DNA from: Alphaproteobacteria bacterium
GTDB lineage: Bacteria > Pseudomonadota > Alphaproteobacteria > Bin95
Assembly: GCA_964291285.2 (NCBI GenBank)
Contig: OZ219787.1
Coordinates: 32,001 to 96,000, forward strand
Reading direction: 5' to 3'
DNA length: 64,000 bases
Shown here: in pieces, positions 19,896 through 30,399 of the stretch
How the letters are laid out: each line of letters opens with the position of its first letter
How positions within the stretch are numbered: position 1 is the first letter of the stretch
The notes under the pieces: generated by a model
What the model was told of the DNA's origin: nothing
Databases searched by the model: none
Seen by the model: only the letters and a program-made list of their open reading frames with translations
Translations under genes and position numbers: made by a program

Positions 19896-21461
19896 ATGCT
19901 CATTCGCCAAGCATTCCGTCTTTGCCGCATCGCCGCCGCCGCGGCGGTCGCATTCGGCGCCGTAACGACAACCGCGGCGGCCGGCGGCAAGTTCGTATTC
20001 GCCAACTCATCCGCCTACGACACGCTCGACCCCCATGCCGTCTTCGATGTCGGGCGGGTCGCCTCGCGCATCAACCTCTATGACGGGCTGATGCGCTGGT
20101 TCGACAATCCCCCGCATCTGGAGCCGTGGCTGGCCGAGAAGGTCGATATTTCGGAAGACGGGCTGACCTACACCTTCACGCTCCGGGACGCGAAGTTCCA
20201 TGACGGCTCGCCGGTGGAAGCCTCCGACGTGGTCTATTCCATCGACCGCATCCTTGCGATGAAGAAGGGTGCCTATTCGCTGTTCGAAGGCACGGTCGCG
20301 CCGGGCTCTACCCAGGCGCCCGACGCGAAGACGGTCGTCTTCAACCTCTCCAAGCCGTCGGCCATCTTCCTCGCCACGGTTCCGGAAATCCACGTCCTCA
20401 ACGCCGAGCTCGTGAAGGCCAACGAGGCGGGAGGCGATCTCGGCACCGCCTGGCTGTCGAAGAACGACGCCGGGTCCGGCTCCTTCCAGCTCAAGCGCTA
20501 CGACCCGGCCATCGGCTGGCAGGCGACACGTTTCGACGACCATTTCTTCGGATGGGACATGGTGGACAACCCGCTCGACGAGATCGAGTTCCGCACGGTC
20601 GTCGAAATCAACTCGCGCGTGCTCGGCCTGATGAACGGCGACTTCCACGGCACAGACGGCTACCTGCCGCAGGACCAAGTGAAGCGTCTGCGCACCAGCG
20701 AGCATGTGGTGGTGCAGGAAGAAGAGTCCATGCGGATCTTCTATTCCATCATCCACAACGGCCGCCCGCCGATGAACGACATCAACTTCCGTAAGGCGCT
20801 GAGCTACGCCTTCGACTATGACGGGTTCATCGACAACATCCTGTCCGGTTCCGTCGCCCGCAACCCGGTGCCGCTGCCGAACAATATGTGGGGCTCGCCG
20901 TCGGGCCTGGCCGGCTACACGCTCGACCTCGAAAAGGCGAAGGAGCACCTCGCCATGGTCGAGGGCGACATCCGGGAGATCTCGCTCGGGGCCCTGTCCG
21001 GCTACGGCCAGACGGAACAGGCTGCGGCACTGCTGCAGAACGGCCTGAACAAGATCGGCGTCAAGACCAAGATCGTTACCGATACCTGGCCCGTGGCTTC
21101 CGGCAAGATGCGCGACGAGCAACAGATGTACGACCTGCTGTTCCTGTGGAAGTCCACCTACTATGCGGACCCGAACAACTGGCTCGGCGAGATGTATGCC
21201 TGCGAGCAGATCGGCGCCCGCAACAATTCCTGGTACTGCAACGAGGAGGTGGACAAGCTGCTCTCCGAGGCGCGCGTTTCCACCGACCAGGACCTGCGCC
21301 GGGCCAACTACGAGAAGGCCAACCGCATCCTGATGGAAGATGCCGCCGGCATCTTCGTTTACAACACCAAGTGGTTCGGCCCGTTCAACAAGAACGCCAA
21401 GGGTATCCGCTTTTCGCCCATCGGCAACGGCCAGGAGATGCGCTGGGTCTCGATGGAGTAA
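19896..21461 (+). CDS. ABC substrate-binding protein, family 5 (peptide/nickel type)
   Basis: LYDGL, DGLTYTFTLRDAKFHDG, GSGSF. Confidence 0.9.
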   Translation: MLIRQAFRLCRIAAAAAVAFGAVTTTAAAGGKFVFANSSAYDTLDPHAVFDVGRVASRINLYDGLMRWFDNPPHLEPWLAEKVDISEDGLTYTFTLRDAKFHDGSPVEASDVVYSIDRILAMKKGAYSLFEGTVAPGSTQAPDAKTVVFNLSKPSAIFLATVPEIHVLNAELVKANEAGGDLGTAWLSKNDAGSGSFQLKRYDPAIGWQATRFDDHFFGWDMVDNPLDEIEFRTVVEINSRVLGLMNGDFHGTDGYLPQDQVKRLRTSEHVVVQEEESMRIFYSIIHNGRPPMNDINFRKALSYAFDYDGFIDNILSGSVARNPVPLPNNMWGSPSGLAGYTLDLEKAKEHLAMVEGDIREISLGALSGYGQTEQAAALLQNGLNKIGVKTKIVTDTWPVASGKMRDEQQMYDLLFLWKSTYYADPNNWLGEMYACEQIGARNNSWYCNEEVDKLLSEARVSTDQDLRRANYEKANRILMEDAAGIFVYNTKWFGPFNKNAKGIRFSPIGNGQEMRWVSME

Positions 21462-21588
21462 CCGGGACCGGCAAGGCTCAGCCGGGGTTCCGGGCCGGTC
21501 CCGGAACCCTTGCGGCTCCGGTTCGGACAAGAGGGGACAAGGGCGGGGTCCGGCGGGAGCCGGCGCCTGACAGGATGGCCACATTCCG

Positions 21589-22593
21589 ATGCGCGAACTC
21601 GTCCTTACCCTCAACCGCCTGCTCTGGCTGGCACCCACGCTTCTCGGCCTTCTGGCCATCACCTTCACGATCAGCCATGTCATTCCGGCCGATCCCATCG
21701 CCTTCATCGCAGGCGACAATGCCAGCGCCGAGCAGATCGCCGCGCTCAAGGCCAAATTCGGGGTGGACAAGCCCATTCCGGTCCAGCTCTGGAACTATGT
21801 CATCGGCGTCGTCCAGGGCGATTTCGGCGTAAGCCTCTACACACAGCGGCCGATCGCTGACGATCTCGTTTCCCGCCTGCCGGCCACGCTGGAGCTCGCC
21901 TTCGTCAGCATCCTGCTCTCGGCCGTCATCGGCATCCCTCTCGGCGTCCTGGCCGCAGTGGATCGCAATTCCTGGCTCGACCATGTGCTCCGCGTCTTCA
22001 CCGTTTCCGGCCTCGCCATCGCCGCCTTCTGGCTCGCCATCCTGTTCCAGCTGTTGTTTGCGATGGAGTGGGGCGTGACGCCCCTTCAGGGCCGGATCGA
22101 CGGATGGGGCCCCGATCCCGTCACCGGATTCTTTCTGATCGATTCGGCCTGGGCCGGGGACTGGGAGGCCTTCCGCTCGGCAGCGCACCACATGGTGCTG
22201 CCCGCCGTCACCCTCGCCTTTCCCGCCATGGCGACGGTGATGCGCTTCACACGCGCCGGGGTGCTCGACGCCATCAACTCCAACTATGTCGATTACCAGA
22301 ACGCCATGGGCGTGCCCCGCCGGGTCGTCATATGGCGCTATGTGCTGAGGAACGCGCTCATCGGTACGGTGACGCAACTCGGCCTGATCTTCGGCAACCT
22401 GATCGCGAACGCCGTCGTTGTGGAAGCCGTGTTCGACTGGCCGGGCCTCGGGCTCTACGCCGTCAATTCGATCCTGCAATCGGACTACAACGCCATTATG
22501 GGCTTCACCCTCATCATGGGCGCGGTCTTCATCATCGCGAACCTGACGGTGGATATCGTCCACGGACTGATCGACCCGCGCGAAGCCGGCTGA
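21589..22593 (+). CDS. DppB/OppB-type permease
   Basis: GDFGVSL, PATLEL, LRNAL, EAVFDWPGLG, IDPR. Confidence 0.9.
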   Translation: MRELVLTLNRLLWLAPTLLGLLAITFTISHVIPADPIAFIAGDNASAEQIAALKAKFGVDKPIPVQLWNYVIGVVQGDFGVSLYTQRPIADDLVSRLPATLELAFVSILLSAVIGIPLGVLAAVDRNSWLDHVLRVFTVSGLAIAAFWLAILFQLLFAMEWGVTPLQGRIDGWGPDPVTGFFLIDSAWAGDWEAFRSAAHHMVLPAVTLAFPAMATVMRFTRAGVLDAINSNYVDYQNAMGVPRRVVIWRYVLRNALIGTVTQLGLIFGNLIANAVVVEAVFDWPGLGLYAVNSILQSDYNAIMGFTLIMGAVFIIANLTVDIVHGLIDPREAG

Positions 22594-23450
22594 TGGAAAC
22601 CGCCCGCTTCCTGCTGCGCAAGCTGGCCGCCGACAGGACGGCGGCCCTGGGCGCGCTCATCATCGTGCTGCTGGTCGTCGCCGCCATCGCCGCGCCGGTG
22701 CTCTCCACGCATCCGCAGGACATCTCCGAGTTCAACCCGCCGGGCCGCCTCCAGCCGCCCTCGGCCGAGCATTTCTTCGGCACCGACCGCATGGGCTCGG
22801 ACGTCTATTCGCGCATCCTGTTCGGCGCGCGGATCACCATAACCATCGCGGTTATCGCCATCGGCGTCAGCGTGCTGATCGGCGTACCGGTCGGTCTGGT
22901 CGCCGGCTATTACCGCAATTGGGTCTCGGATGCGCTGATGCGCATTTCCGACATTTTCTTGGCCGTGCCGCAGATCGTGCTTGCCATCGCCATCGCGCAG
23001 ACGCTCGGCCCTTCTATCGAAAATGTCATCCTTGCGCTTTCCGCCACCTACTGGCCCTTCTGGGCGAGGCTCGTCTATGCGGAAACCCGCTCGGCGCTCA
23101 ACGAAACCTATGTGGAAGCCTCCATCGCGCTCGGCGCCTCGCCCGGACGGATCATGCTCCTGCATGTGCTTCCCAATATCTCCTCGTCCCTCATCGTTCG
23201 CACGACCATCGGCATGGGCGGCACGATATTGACGGCCGCCACGCTGGGGTTTCTCGGCCTCGGCCCCCCGGCGCCCTCTCCCGAATGGGGGCGGACGATT
23301 GCCGAATCCCGGGAGTTCCTACCGGAAGCCTGGTGGTACGCCACGGCCCCGGGCCTTGCCATCTTCCTCGTCGTCATGGGCTTCAACCTGTTCGGAGACG
23401 GGCTGCGCGACATTCTCGACCCCCGCACCCGGCGGTCCTCCGATGGCTGA
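22593..23450 (+). CDS. DppC/OppC-type permease
   Basis: HFFGTDRMGSDVYSR, HVLPN, PEWG, NLFGDGLRD. Confidence 0.9.
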   Translation: METARFLLRKLAADRTAALGALIIVLLVVAAIAAPVLSTHPQDISEFNPPGRLQPPSAEHFFGTDRMGSDVYSRILFGARITITIAVIAIGVSVLIGVPVGLVAGYYRNWVSDALMRISDIFLAVPQIVLAIAIAQTLGPSIENVILALSATYWPFWARLVYAETRSALNETYVEASIALGASPGRIMLLHVLPNISSSLIVRTTIGMGGTILTAATLGFLGLGPPAPSPEWGRTIAESREFLPEAWWYATAPGLAIFLVVMGFNLFGDGLRDILDPRTRRSSDG

Positions 23451-24462
23451 CCTGCTGACCGTCGCCGAACTGGAAGTGGGCTTCCAGACTGACCGCGGCC
23501 TGGCCCGTGTGCTGGACCGTGTGAATTTCCATGTCGGGCGCGGCGAGATCGTAGGTCTGGTCGGCGAGTCCGGCTGCGGGAAGACAACGCTCGCGCGCGC
23601 GATCCTGGGCGTGCTGCCGGCGAACTCCGCGCGCATCTCGTCGGGCGTCATCGACTTCGACGGGCGCAACCTGCTGGCGGAGAACCCGCAGGACCTCGCG
23701 ACGGAGGTCCGGGGACGGCAGATCACCTTCGTGCCGCAGGATCCGTTCTCCTCCTTCAATCCGGTCTTCACCATCGGCGCCCAGATCGACGAGCTGATGA
23801 AGTGGAAGTCGCCGGACGCCGAACCCGGCGCTGCCCGCCGCTACCCGCGCACGCGGCGCCGTTCGGATCGCGCGCGGGTCCTCGAACTCCTGCGCACCGT
23901 CCAGCTGCCCGATCCCGAGGGCATATTGAAGAAATATCCGCACGAGGTTTCGGGCGGCCAGCGCCAGCGGCTGATGATCGCCATGGCGCTCCTGCCCGAG
24001 CCCCAGCTCATCATCGCCGACGAGCCGACGACGGCGCTCGACGTCACAATCCAGGCCCAGATCCTGAAGCTCCTGAAGCGCCTTGCCGCCGAGCGCCGGG
24101 TCTCCGTCCTGTTCACCACCCACGATCTCGGCACGGCCTATGAGATCTGCGACCGCGTTACCGTCATGTATGCGGGGCAGGAGGTCGAAAGCGCGCCCTC
24201 GGACGATTTCTTCGCCGCCCCGCGCCACCCCTACACGAAGCGCTTGCTGGAATCCCTGCCGTCGCGCGAGCATGGCATCAGCGGCATACCCGGCCAGATT
24301 CCGGCACTGATCGACCCGCCGAGCGGCTGCCGCTTCCACCCGCGCTGCACCAGTGCGAGCACACGCTGCGCCGCCGCCCGTCCGGACGTGTCGGAGGCGG
24401 GGCCGGACCACCTCGTCCGCTGCCACCATCCGGTAGAGGCCGTGCGGGAGGCCGCATCGTGA
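23443..24462 (+). CDS. DppD/OppD-type ATPase
   Basis: GESGCGKT, YPHEVSGGQRQR, DEPTTALD, GCRFHPRC. Confidence 0.9.
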   Translation: MADLLTVAELEVGFQTDRGLARVLDRVNFHVGRGEIVGLVGESGCGKTTLARAILGVLPANSARISSGVIDFDGRNLLAENPQDLATEVRGRQITFVPQDPFSSFNPVFTIGAQIDELMKWKSPDAEPGAARRYPRTRRRSDRARVLELLRTVQLPDPEGILKKYPHEVSGGQRQRLMIAMALLPEPQLIIADEPTTALDVTIQAQILKLLKRLAAERRVSVLFTTHDLGTAYEICDRVTVMYAGQEVESAPSDDFFAAPRHPYTKRLLESLPSREHGISGIPGQIPALIDPPSGCRFHPRCTSASTRCAAARPDVSEAGPDHLVRCHHPVEAVREAAS

Positions 24463-25451
24463 CTGCTTCCGGTCCGGACCTGCTGCGCCTCGAAGACCTG
24501 GAGAAATATTTCCCCATCCGCGATGTCTGGAAGCGCCGCATCGGTTGGCTGAGGGCCGTGGACGGCGTTTCGCTCAATGTCGAGAAGGGCGAAATCCTGG
24601 GCGTCGTCGGCGAGTCGGGCTGCGGCAAGTCCACCCTCGGCAAGACGGTGATGGGCATTCACCGCCCGACCGGCGGCCGGATCGTCTTCGAGGGCCACGA
24701 CATCACGCAACTCAAGCCGTACCAGTCGCGCGAGCTGCGCCGCGACCTGCAATATACCTATCAGGACCCCGGCGCCTCGCTCGACCCGCGCTGGAAGATC
24801 GGCAAGGCGCTGGACGAACCGCTGGTCATCCATACCGATCTCGACAGCGCCGCGCGCCGGGAGCGGGTGCAGGATATCCTCGAGGCCGTCGGCCTTCCGG
24901 AAAGCCATCTCGACCTCTACCCGCATGAAATCTCGGGCGGACAGCAGCGCCGGGTGGGCCTTGCCCGCATCCTCACCCTGCAACCGACCCTTATCGTGCT
25001 GGACGAGCCCACTTCCGGACTTGATGTGTCCGTGCAGGCGACCGTTCTGAACCTCTTCCTCGACCTGCAGAAGCAGTTCGACCTCACCTATGTCTTCATC
25101 TCGCACGACCTCAGCGTCGTCCGGATGATCTGCGACCGCGTCGCCGTCATGTATCTCGGCAAGGTGGTGGAGCTGGGGCCGACGGAGCGGCTCTTCAGCG
25201 CCCCCCGCCATCCCTATACCCGCTCGCTGCTGTCCGCGATTCCCGAGATCGGCAAGCAGCGGATCACCGACACCTTCTGGCTGGAGGGCGAGCCGCCCGA
25301 CCCCGGCAATCTTCCCTCGGGCTGCCGGTTCCGCACCCGCTGCCCGCTGGCCGCGCCCGAATGCGCGGCCGAGATCCCGCCGCTGGTCGAGCACTTGCCC
25401 GGCCACGCCGACGCCTGCCTGTTCTCCGACCGCGTCGTCCCCGGAGGTTGA
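24459..25451 (+). CDS. DppF/OppF-type ATPase
   Basis: GESGCGKS, YPHEISGGQ, HPYT, GCRFRTRC. Confidence 0.9.
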   Translation: MTASGPDLLRLEDLEKYFPIRDVWKRRIGWLRAVDGVSLNVEKGEILGVVGESGCGKSTLGKTVMGIHRPTGGRIVFEGHDITQLKPYQSRELRRDLQYTYQDPGASLDPRWKIGKALDEPLVIHTDLDSAARRERVQDILEAVGLPESHLDLYPHEISGGQQRRVGLARILTLQPTLIVLDEPTSGLDVSVQATVLNLFLDLQKQFDLTYVFISHDLSVVRMICDRVAVMYLGKVVELGPTERLFSAPRHPYTRSLLSAIPEIGKQRITDTFWLEGEPPDPGNLPSGCRFRTRCPLAAPECAAEIPPLVEHLPGHADACLFSDRVVPGG

Positions 25452-25470
25452 AGCGCCGCCCGGCGCGCCG

Positions 25471-26391
25471 TCAGAGTCCGGCCTGCTCCTTGCAGTAGCG
25501 GGCGACATCGGCGTGGGTCGCGAACCAGACGCCGGGTTTCGTGCGGATGTGCTGCACCAGCTCGTCCAGCACCTGGATGCGCGAGCGGTGGCCGATGAAG
25601 TGCGGGTGCATGGTCAGCAGGAACAGCCCCTCCTCCTCGTAAGCGCCGTCGAACTCCCGCCTGAACACCTCCAGCACGCCTCCCGGCGGCGTGTAGGGGC
25701 GCAAGCCCGAGAAGCGGTCCATCGACCAGTAGGGCGCGTCGTCGCGGATCCACTCCACCGGAAGCTCGACCACGCCGGTCGGCTCGTTGTCCTCCAGCAG
25801 CTCGTAGGGCTCGTCGTCGGCCATCAGCGAGGAGTCGTAGAGGAGGCCCATCTCCCGCGTGATCGCCAGCGTGTGCTCGGAGAAATCCCACGAGGGCGTG
25901 CGGATGCCGACCGGGCGGACGCCGCATATCTCCTCCAGCCTGTCGGCGGCGCGCATCTGCAGGTCGCGCTCGTCATCCGGCGGCAGCGCGGAGTTGAGCT
26001 CGTGAATCCAGGAATGGATGCCGATCTCGTGTCCCTCCGCGATCACCCGGCGCTGCTCGTCGGGATGCAGCATGGCGACCACCGCCGGCACGAAGAAGGT
26101 CGCCGGCACGCCGTAGCGTTCCAGCAGCTTCAGGATTCGGGGCACGCCGGCGCGTGCGCCGTACTGGCCCTGGCTGAGCTTGCCGGGCGAGCTCTCGGCC
26201 CAGCGCAGGGTCTGCGTCTCGTGGTCGGAGTCGAAGGACAGCGCAACCGCGCAGCGCGCCCCGCCGGGCCAGGACGCGGGCTTGAGCGAGCGACCGGCCC
26301 GCACCTTCTCCACGATCGGCCGCCAGTCGGCCTCCTTCCATTTCCAGGCTTCGGGCTGGTCCGGAACACCGGTCCCTTTATACTTGCTCAC
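25471..26391 (-). CDS. Polysaccharide deacetylase family protein (PuuE/PgdA-like)
   Basis: WPGGARCAVALSFD, GHEIGIHSWIHE, GIRTPS, YDSS, TMHP; SD GGAGG before GTG. Confidence 0.85.
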   Translation of the reverse strand: MSKYKGTGVPDQPEAWKWKEADWRPIVEKVRAGRSLKPASWPGGARCAVALSFDSDHETQTLRWAESSPGKLSQGQYGARAGVPRILKLLERYGVPATFFVPAVVAMLHPDEQRRVIAEGHEIGIHSWIHELNSALPPDDERDLQMRAADRLEEICGVRPVGIRTPSWDFSEHTLAITREMGLLYDSSLMADDEPYELLEDNEPTGVVELPVEWIRDDAPYWSMDRFSGLRPYTPPGGVLEVFRREFDGAYEEEGLFLLTMHPHFIGHRSRIQVLDELVQHIRTKPGVWFATHADVARYCKEQAGL

Positions 26392-26488
26392 GGCAGGTAT
26401 CCTCCGCTTTCCGGCTTCGCGCCGGGCCAGCATAGCATCGACGGCGCGGATGGCGGGTGCCCGGCCGCGGTGCCGCCGACCGGTCTCT

Positions 26489-28342
26489 TCATGCCGGCGC
26501 CGATGGCGCGACCGCAGCCGCGCTCTTGCACCGGGGCTCCTCGGGCGACGCTTCCTCCGCGCGATCCTCGTCGGCGTCATAGTAGCGCGCCCGGTGAAAC
26601 ATCTTGACGGGTCTCGGCATGGCTTCGCGGCGGGCAAGGGTGGCTTCGAGGTCCACCCGGTCGCCGGCGAGGACAACGCCATAGTCGCGGGCGGCGGCTT
26701 CCTCGGAGACGAAGCCGTCCAGAATGTCCGCCAGCACGTCTTCGGCCGGCCTGTCGGCAGGGTTGCCCCAGCCTCCGCCGCCCGGAGTGATAATGCGGAC
26801 CAGATCGCCTTTCCTCAGGCGAATGCCGTCGCCCATGGTCGGGATATCCCTTGCCTCGGGGCCGTCAGGGTTGACGACGACCCGACCCGGCGATCCCGCC
26901 AGCCCGCCATGGACCCCGAACGCCGGCTGGCGGCAATTGTCGAGCCGGATGCCGAAACGGGCCTCGTCCGACAGCACGCGGACATCCCGGACGATGCCGC
27001 AGCCGCCGCGCCAGCGTCCGGCCCCGCCGCTGTCCCGGTGGATGCCGAATGCTTCGATTTCGACGCCGAACTCTATCTCTGCGAATTCGATGGGGTAGTT
27101 CTCCTGGGCCACGTAATAGACCGCGTCGATGCCGTCGGCGAAGGTGCGCGCGCCGAAACCGACCGAGAGTCCCTCGATGCAGAGCGGCTCCGTGCCGTCG
27201 GCATTCCTACCCCGCAGATAATAGAGCACATAAACGCAGGGCGCCGCCGAGGCCTGCCCGCCCGTCGCCTGTGCAAGCGTGCCAAACAGCGCGCTGGTGA
27301 CGCGGATCATGGTGTGCGACCGCAGACCCAGAGGGGCCGGAAACCGGGGCGCGACCAGCGTGCCGGGTTTCTTGACGACGCTCTCGACCGCGCGCTCGAA
27401 ACCGCCGTTCATGCCGATGCCGGGCCGGTCCATGCACATCCAGAGGCCCAGCATGAATTTCGGCACCGAATCGTCCATGAGAAAGTTGATCGGCCCGTCG
27501 GCTTGGCGGTCGGACGCCGAGAAATCCATCTCGAGAGCGCCGTTCCTCTTCCGCAAGACCAGGTCGACAAAATAGGAGCGCTCGGTCACCGCGTCCGAGT
27601 CGATGCGGTCGCGAAAGGCATATTCGCCGTCGGGAATGCGGTCGGCGATCTCCCTGCGGAGCGCGCCTTCGTTCTCCGCCAGCATCGCCTCGAACGCGGC
27701 CTCGACCACCTCCACGCCGTAGCGCTCGACCGTCTCGGTCAGGCGGCGGGCGCCAAGGCGGCAGGCGGCCATGATGGCCTGGAGGTCGCCCCTGAGCATG
27801 TCCGGGAAACGCGAATTGCGCATGAAGATGCGCACGACTTCCCGGTTTTCTATGCCTTCGCGCACGACCCGCACCGGAGGAATCATGATGCCTTCCTGGA
27901 AAACGGACACCGCATGCGGGCTGATCGAGCCCGGGACCGATCCGCCGATGTCCCAGAGGTGGCCCCAGGCCTCCGCGAAGGCGAACAGCCGGCCCTCATG
28001 GAAGACGGGCATGACGAAAACCATGTCGGGCAGATGGCTGACGGCGCCGCCCGCCCCGTAGGCGTCGTTGTACCAGTAGAGGTCGCCGGGCCGCATAGTC
28101 CGGGCCGGATATTCTTCCAGGATCGCATCGACGAGATTGCCGGCCAGCGTGAGCGAGGTGGAGACCACAAGCTCGCCGCCGCTGTTCAGGAAGGCGGTGA
28201 AGTAATCCTTCTTCTCGCGGATGAAGGGCGACATGGCGGAGCGCGCGATCAGGGCCTCCATTTCCGAGCGAGCCCCGTTGAGCGCGCCCTTGATGAGCTC
28301 CAGCGTGAAGCGGTTGGGCGCCGGAAGGGTTTCGGACGTCAC
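26489..28342 (-). CDS. Hydantoinase B/oxoprolinase subunit
   Basis: RPGD..NDAY, HLPD, HLWDIGGSVPGS, TPGGGGWG. Confidence 0.9.
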   Translation of the reverse strand: MTSETLPAPNRFTLELIKGALNGARSEMEALIARSAMSPFIREKKDYFTAFLNSGGELVVSTSLTLAGNLVDAILEEYPARTMRPGDLYWYNDAYGAGGAVSHLPDMVFVMPVFHEGRLFAFAEAWGHLWDIGGSVPGSISPHAVSVFQEGIMIPPVRVVREGIENREVVRIFMRNSRFPDMLRGDLQAIMAACRLGARRLTETVERYGVEVVEAAFEAMLAENEGALRREIADRIPDGEYAFRDRIDSDAVTERSYFVDLVLRKRNGALEMDFSASDRQADGPINFLMDDSVPKFMLGLWMCMDRPGIGMNGGFERAVESVVKKPGTLVAPRFPAPLGLRSHTMIRVTSALFGTLAQATGGQASAAPCVYVLYYLRGRNADGTEPLCIEGLSVGFGARTFADGIDAVYYVAQENYPIEFAEIEFGVEIEAFGIHRDSGGAGRWRGGCGIVRDVRVLSDEARFGIRLDNCRQPAFGVHGGLAGSPGRVVVNPDGPEARDIPTMGDGIRLRKGDLVRIITPGGGGWGNPADRPAEDVLADILDGFVSEEAAARDYGVVLAGDRVDLEATLARREAMPRPVKMFHRARYYDADEDRAEEASPEEPRCKSAAAVAPSAPA

Positions 28343-30399
28343 AAGCTGCCCTCCGAGACGACGAGATTGCCGAAGCGGTCGGTGAGCGCAATTTGACCGG
28401 GGAGAAGGACGGTCGTCGAATCGAGCTGTTCGACGATAGCCGGGCCTTCGATACAGTGACCGGCAAGCAGGCTCTCGCGGCGATAGATGGGCGTGGGCCG
28501 CAACATGTCGTCGCCGGCGAGACAGGCGGGGCGCTCGCTGGACGGCTCGGGGCGTTCGACCGGGGCCGCAGGCAATTCCGGCAGATTGAACTTGTCCGTG
28601 ACCCCTGTGGCCTCGACCCGCTGGTTGACGATCTCGACCGGCGCCTCGGGCTCGCAGAAGGTGTAGAGCCGCTCGTGGAGCGCATGGAAGTCGGCGACAA
28701 GCGCAGCCAGGGTGCCTTCCGTGACCGGACCGCTGCACGGGACGGTCAACTCCACCCCCTGCTTTTCGTAGCGCATGTCAGCCGACCGGCGGAACAAGCG
28801 GCGGTCGGGTGGCATGCCGTTGGCTTCGAGGCAGCGGTCGGCCTCATGCGCCAATTCCGCGAAGACCGACTCGGTGGCAGCGGCATCGAAGGCGCCGGCG
28901 CGCTGCAGGCGTGTGACGGCGAAATCGTATCGAAGGTCCGTCGCCAGCAGGCCGATGGCGCAGAGAATACCGGGAAAGCGCGGCACAAGGACGCCCGCCG
29001 CGTTCAGTTCGCGCATGAGTTCCGCGCCGTGGACGGGGCCCGCGCCGCCGAAGGCAGCAAGCGTAAAATCGCGGGGATCGAGGCCTCGTTCGACCGACAT
29101 GATCTTCAACGCCCCGGTCATGTTGGCGTTGACCAGCTCCACTATGCCCCGGGCGGCGGCGATGAGATCCATGCCGAGCGGTTCGGCGACATGCCGGCGG
29201 ATCGCCGTTTCCGCCGCTTCCGGCGTCAACGCGACCTCGCCGTCGAGGAGCGCGGGCGGGATGCGCCCGAGCACGAGATTGGCGTCAGAAACGGTGGGTC
29301 GCTCGCCCCCCTTGCCGTAGCAGGCGGGTCCCGGATCAGCGCCAGCGCTCTCGGGGCCGACGCGAATCGCGCCCTGTTCGGTCACTGTGGCGACGGACCC
29401 GCCGCCAGCGCCGATGGTATGGATATCGATCATCGGGAAAGCGAGCGGGTGGTCGCCGACCCTGCCTGCGGTCGAAAGGGCGGGCTGGCCGTTCCGGATG
29501 AGCGCGACATCGGCGCTGGTCCCGCCCATGTCGATGGTCAGGAGATCGTCGATTCCCGCGGCCCGCCCAAGCCAGGCTGCCCCCAGAGCGCCGGCGGCGG
29601 GTCCGGAAAGCGCAAGATGCACGGCGCCGTGTGCGGCTTCCCCGGGCAGGCAGGCGCCTCCGTTCGATTTCATCAGTAACAACGGCGCTTCGACGGCGCG
29701 GCGGTCGAGCCCCTCGGAAAGCCGACCGATATAGTGCCTGACCACCGGTTGCACCGAGGCGTTCAATGCCGTCGCGACCGTGCGTTCATATTCACGGAAA
29801 ACCGGAAGAACATCGGCCGATAGCGAAACTTCGACGTCCGGGAGGCTTGACCGAAGAATCTCGCCCGCCCGGCGCTCATGGGCCTGGTTGGCGTAGGAGT
29901 GAAGCAGGACTACCGCAACCGCCTCGAGGCGGGCGGCACGAATGGCCTCCGCGGCTGCCTCGACTGCTGCCTCGTCCAGGGGCACCGCTACGGTGCCGTC
30001 GATGCGAACCCGGCCCGGCACCTCGAAGATGAAACGAGGCTGAACCGGCCGCTTGGGCTTTACCCAGGAAAAGAGATTGGCCGCGCGCGGGATTTCGGCC
30101 CGCCCGATTTCCAGCACATGGCGGAACCCCTTCGTGGTGACAAGGCTGGTGCGGACACCCTTTCCCTCCAGGATCGCGTTGGTGACGATGGTCGAGCCAT
30201 GCAGGACGGTCGCCACCTCCGCCGGGCTGACGCCGGACCGGTCGAGCATCCTGTCCACGCCCGCGAAGAAGCCGTTGGCAGGGGCGCTCGGCACTGAGGG
30301 CGACTTTGCGACATGAAGCGCGCCGCCGGCGCGGTCCGCCAGAATGACGTCCGTGAAAGTGCCTCCCACATCGAGGCTCAGCGCATAGCGTGCGGTCAT
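28339..30399 (-). CDS. Hydantoinase A/oxoprolinase subunit
   Basis: DVGGTFTD, SGPAAG, DMGGTSAD, GAGGGS, AFGGAGP. Confidence 0.9.
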   Translation of the reverse strand: MTARYALSLDVGGTFTDVILADRAGGALHVAKSPSVPSAPANGFFAGVDRMLDRSGVSPAEVATVLHGSTIVTNAILEGKGVRTSLVTTKGFRHVLEIGRAEIPRAANLFSWVKPKRPVQPRFIFEVPGRVRIDGTVAVPLDEAAVEAAAEAIRAARLEAVAVVLLHSYANQAHERRAGEILRSSLPDVEVSLSADVLPVFREYERTVATALNASVQPVVRHYIGRLSEGLDRRAVEAPLLLMKSNGGACLPGEAAHGAVHLALSGPAAGALGAAWLGRAAGIDDLLTIDMGGTSADVALIRNGQPALSTAGRVGDHPLAFPMIDIHTIGAGGGSVATVTEQGAIRVGPESAGADPGPACYGKGGERPTVSDANLVLGRIPPALLDGEVALTPEAAETAIRRHVAEPLGMDLIAAARGIVELVNANMTGALKIMSVERGLDPRDFTLAAFGGAGPVHGAELMRELNAAGVLVPRFPGILCAIGLLATDLRYDFAVTRLQRAGAFDAAATESVFAELAHEADRCLEANGMPPDRRLFRRSADMRYEKQGVELTVPCSGPVTEGTLAALVADFHALHERLYTFCEPEAPVEIVNQRVEATGVTDKFNLPELPAAPVERPEPSSERPACLAGDDMLRPTPIYRRESLLAGHCIEGPAIVEQLDSTTVLLPGQIALTDRFGNLVVSEGSL